Both the position numbers and the translations under genes were made by a program. From positions 1 through 7,573 of the forward strand of contig NZ_SNUY01000105.1 of the NCBI RefSeq assembly GCF_004376175.1: a stretch of DNA of 7,573 nt, read 5' to 3'. The notes under the pieces are model-generated. The model was not told the DNA's origin. It did no database searches and worked only from the letters and a program-made list of their open reading frames with translations. This DNA is from Halalkalibacterium halodurans. Its GTDB lineage: Bacteria; Bacillota; Bacilli; Bacillales; Bacillaceae_D. Within the stretch, counting starts at the first letter, position 1. Each line of letters opens with the position of its first letter. This document shows, piece by piece, positions 6,538-7,573 of the stretch.

Positions 6538-7488
6538 ATGAAAATTTTAGCGAAATTAGCGGGTAAACGGCGAGGAGCAGATGATTTTATTTTTGATTCA
6601 TTAAATATCATATTTATGCTCCTACTCTGTGTCGTGATGCTGTATCCAATGGTTAATACGTTGGCAGTATCCTTAAATGATGCTACAGATACCGTGCGGG
6701 GCGGAATTTACTTCTGGCCGCGGGAGTTTACTTGGTATAACTTTGAACATGTATTCAGCCAGTCGCAGCTGTTGCACGCAGGTATGATCTCCGTTTTAAG
6801 GACAGTCATCGGAACAGCCATTTCCGTATTTTGTACCGCCATGGTTGCTTATACGATCAGCAGAAAGCAATTTGTCCTGAAAAAATTCGTGACGATCGCA
6901 TTCGTCTTAACTATGTATTTAAACGGCGGACTTATTCCGACATATCTGTTAATGAGAGAATTATCGTTAATCGGTACGTTCTGGATTTACATTATTCCTG
7001 GGTTAATCGGTGTGTTTAACTTAATCGTTATCCGTTCATTTATTGAGGGGCTTCCGGAAACAATTTTTGAATCGGCAAAAATTGATGGCGCCGGGGAATT
7101 TACCCAGTTTTTCAAAATCGCATTGCCTCTATGTCTCCCGGTAATCGCAACAGTTTCCCTGTTCGTTGCAGTAGGGCAGTGGAACTCATGGTTTGACGTG
7201 TTTATCTATAACTCTAATAAACCAGAGTTAAGCACACTTCAGTATGAATTAATGAAAATATTGCAAAACTCTAACGCATCCATGTCATCAGGCTCTGCGG
7301 CAAGTGCCTTTGCTTCTTCCCAAAGCGGGGTGGTTGAAACGGTCACACCTCAGTCAGTTAGAGCTGCAATGACGATCATCGTTTCTGTCCCGATCATTTG
7401 TGTATATCCATTCCTGCAAAAATACTTTGTTAAAGGGTTAACTCTTGGGGGTGTGTCAATAATTTTGTGTAAATACCCCTGTTTCTAG
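6538..7488 (+). CDS. ABC transporter permease, LplC/YtcP-like (BPD_transp_1); 3' end possibly altered by an insertion
   Basis: RBS GAGGGGGA (6523-6530) lies 7 nt before the ATG at 6538, and the gene starts 14 nt after the upstream stop. The EAA-loop motif is ESAKIDGAGEFTQFFKIALP. The family C-terminal motif YPFLQKYFVKGLTLGGV is followed by an atypical tail, SIILCKYPCF. Confidence 0.88.
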   Translation: MKILAKLAGKRRGADDFIFDSLNIIFMLLLCVVMLYPMVNTLAVSLNDATDTVRGGIYFWPREFTWYNFEHVFSQSQLLHAGMISVLRTVIGTAISVFCTAMVAYTISRKQFVLKKFVTIAFVLTMYLNGGLIPTYLLMRELSLIGTFWIYIIPGLIGVFNLIVIRSFIEGLPETIFESAKIDGAGEFTQFFKIALPLCLPVIATVSLFVAVGQWNSWFDVFIYNSNKPELSTLQYELMKILQNSNASMSSGSAASAFASSQSGVVETVTPQSVRAAMTIIVSVPIICVYPFLQKYFVKGLTLGGVSIILCKYPCF

Positions 7489-7573
7489 TAGATAGGTTAG
7501 CCCTGCTTATTTTACTTGGTAAAACTTCTATTTTAGGTGAAACACAGAGCCACAGCGGTAGCTGCTTGTCCTT
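7452..7573. mobile_element. Possible terminus of a second inserted element (hypothesis)
   Basis: The permease reading frame loses family-like sequence at about 7456. The DNA there begins TGTGTCAATA (7452-7461) and repeats TGTGTAAATA (7466-7475). A TGT start and subterminal direct repeats are common at transposon ends. No terminator hairpin follows the stop codon. No transposase gene is visible before the window ends. Confidence 0.3.

Noticed and set aside
6831-7019. 62-aa + strand ORF in an alternative frame of the LplC-like permease gene
   Set aside because: It is fully nested out of frame in a confident CDS, with no RBS or motif.
7261-7340. Ser/Ala-rich low-complexity segment (NSNASMSSGSAASAFASSQSG) in the LplC-like permease
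   Set aside because: It initially looked like an insertion. However, this loop before the last TM helix is, as I recall, variable and often Ser/Ala/Gly-rich in LplC/YtcP-type permeases. The frame and flanking motifs are intact.
7517-7560. Loose resemblance between 7517-7560 (ATTTTACTTGGTAAAACTTCTATTTTAGGTGAAAC) and 3537-3580 (ATTTACTTACAAATTCATCTGTTTTTATACATCGGTGACATG)
   Set aside because: Identity is only about 70%, with several gaps, in low-complexity AT-rich sequence. That is not enough to call a repeat without a statistical alignment.
1-7573. Search for CRISPR arrays, tRNA/rRNA genes, riboswitch-like leaders or defence/toxin-antitoxin gene pairs
   Set aside because: There are no regularly spaced repeats and no cloverleaf-like or rRNA-like segments. 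The only sizeable non-coding stretch (3424-3716) is accounted for by terminator and promoter elements. All long ORFs belong to well-known families.

Overview
AT-rich, Firmicutes-style (Bacillaceae/Paenibacillaceae-like) segment with all real genes on the + strand. Bases 1 to about 1879 are the 3' part of an IS21-family insertion sequence. It carries istA (partial, running off the left edge) and a complete istB, joined by a TAATG stop/start overlap. The IS appears to sit inside the 5' end of a YesM-type sensor histidine kinase gene (TM2 + HAMP + His_kinase/PF06580 + HATPase_c). The kinase ORF therefore starts with IS-derived codons and lacks its first transmembrane segment. A hairpin terminator follows, then a 293-bp regulatory region with TATAAT, a near-consensus cre box and two sets of phased direct repeats. 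Next is a CUT1-type sugar uptake operon: a large LplA-like lipoprotein binding protein, an intercistronic hairpin, then an LplB-like and an LplC-like permease. No ATPase gene and no response-regulator gene are present. The last ~10 codons of the LplC-like gene and the final ~120 bp look like a second foreign-DNA junction, but this is a hypothesis. I found no rRNA, tRNA or CRISPR, and no gene set resembling a defence or otherwise novel system. The most notable biology is IS-mediated disruption of a sensor/transporter module, and every coding region here belongs to a well-known family.
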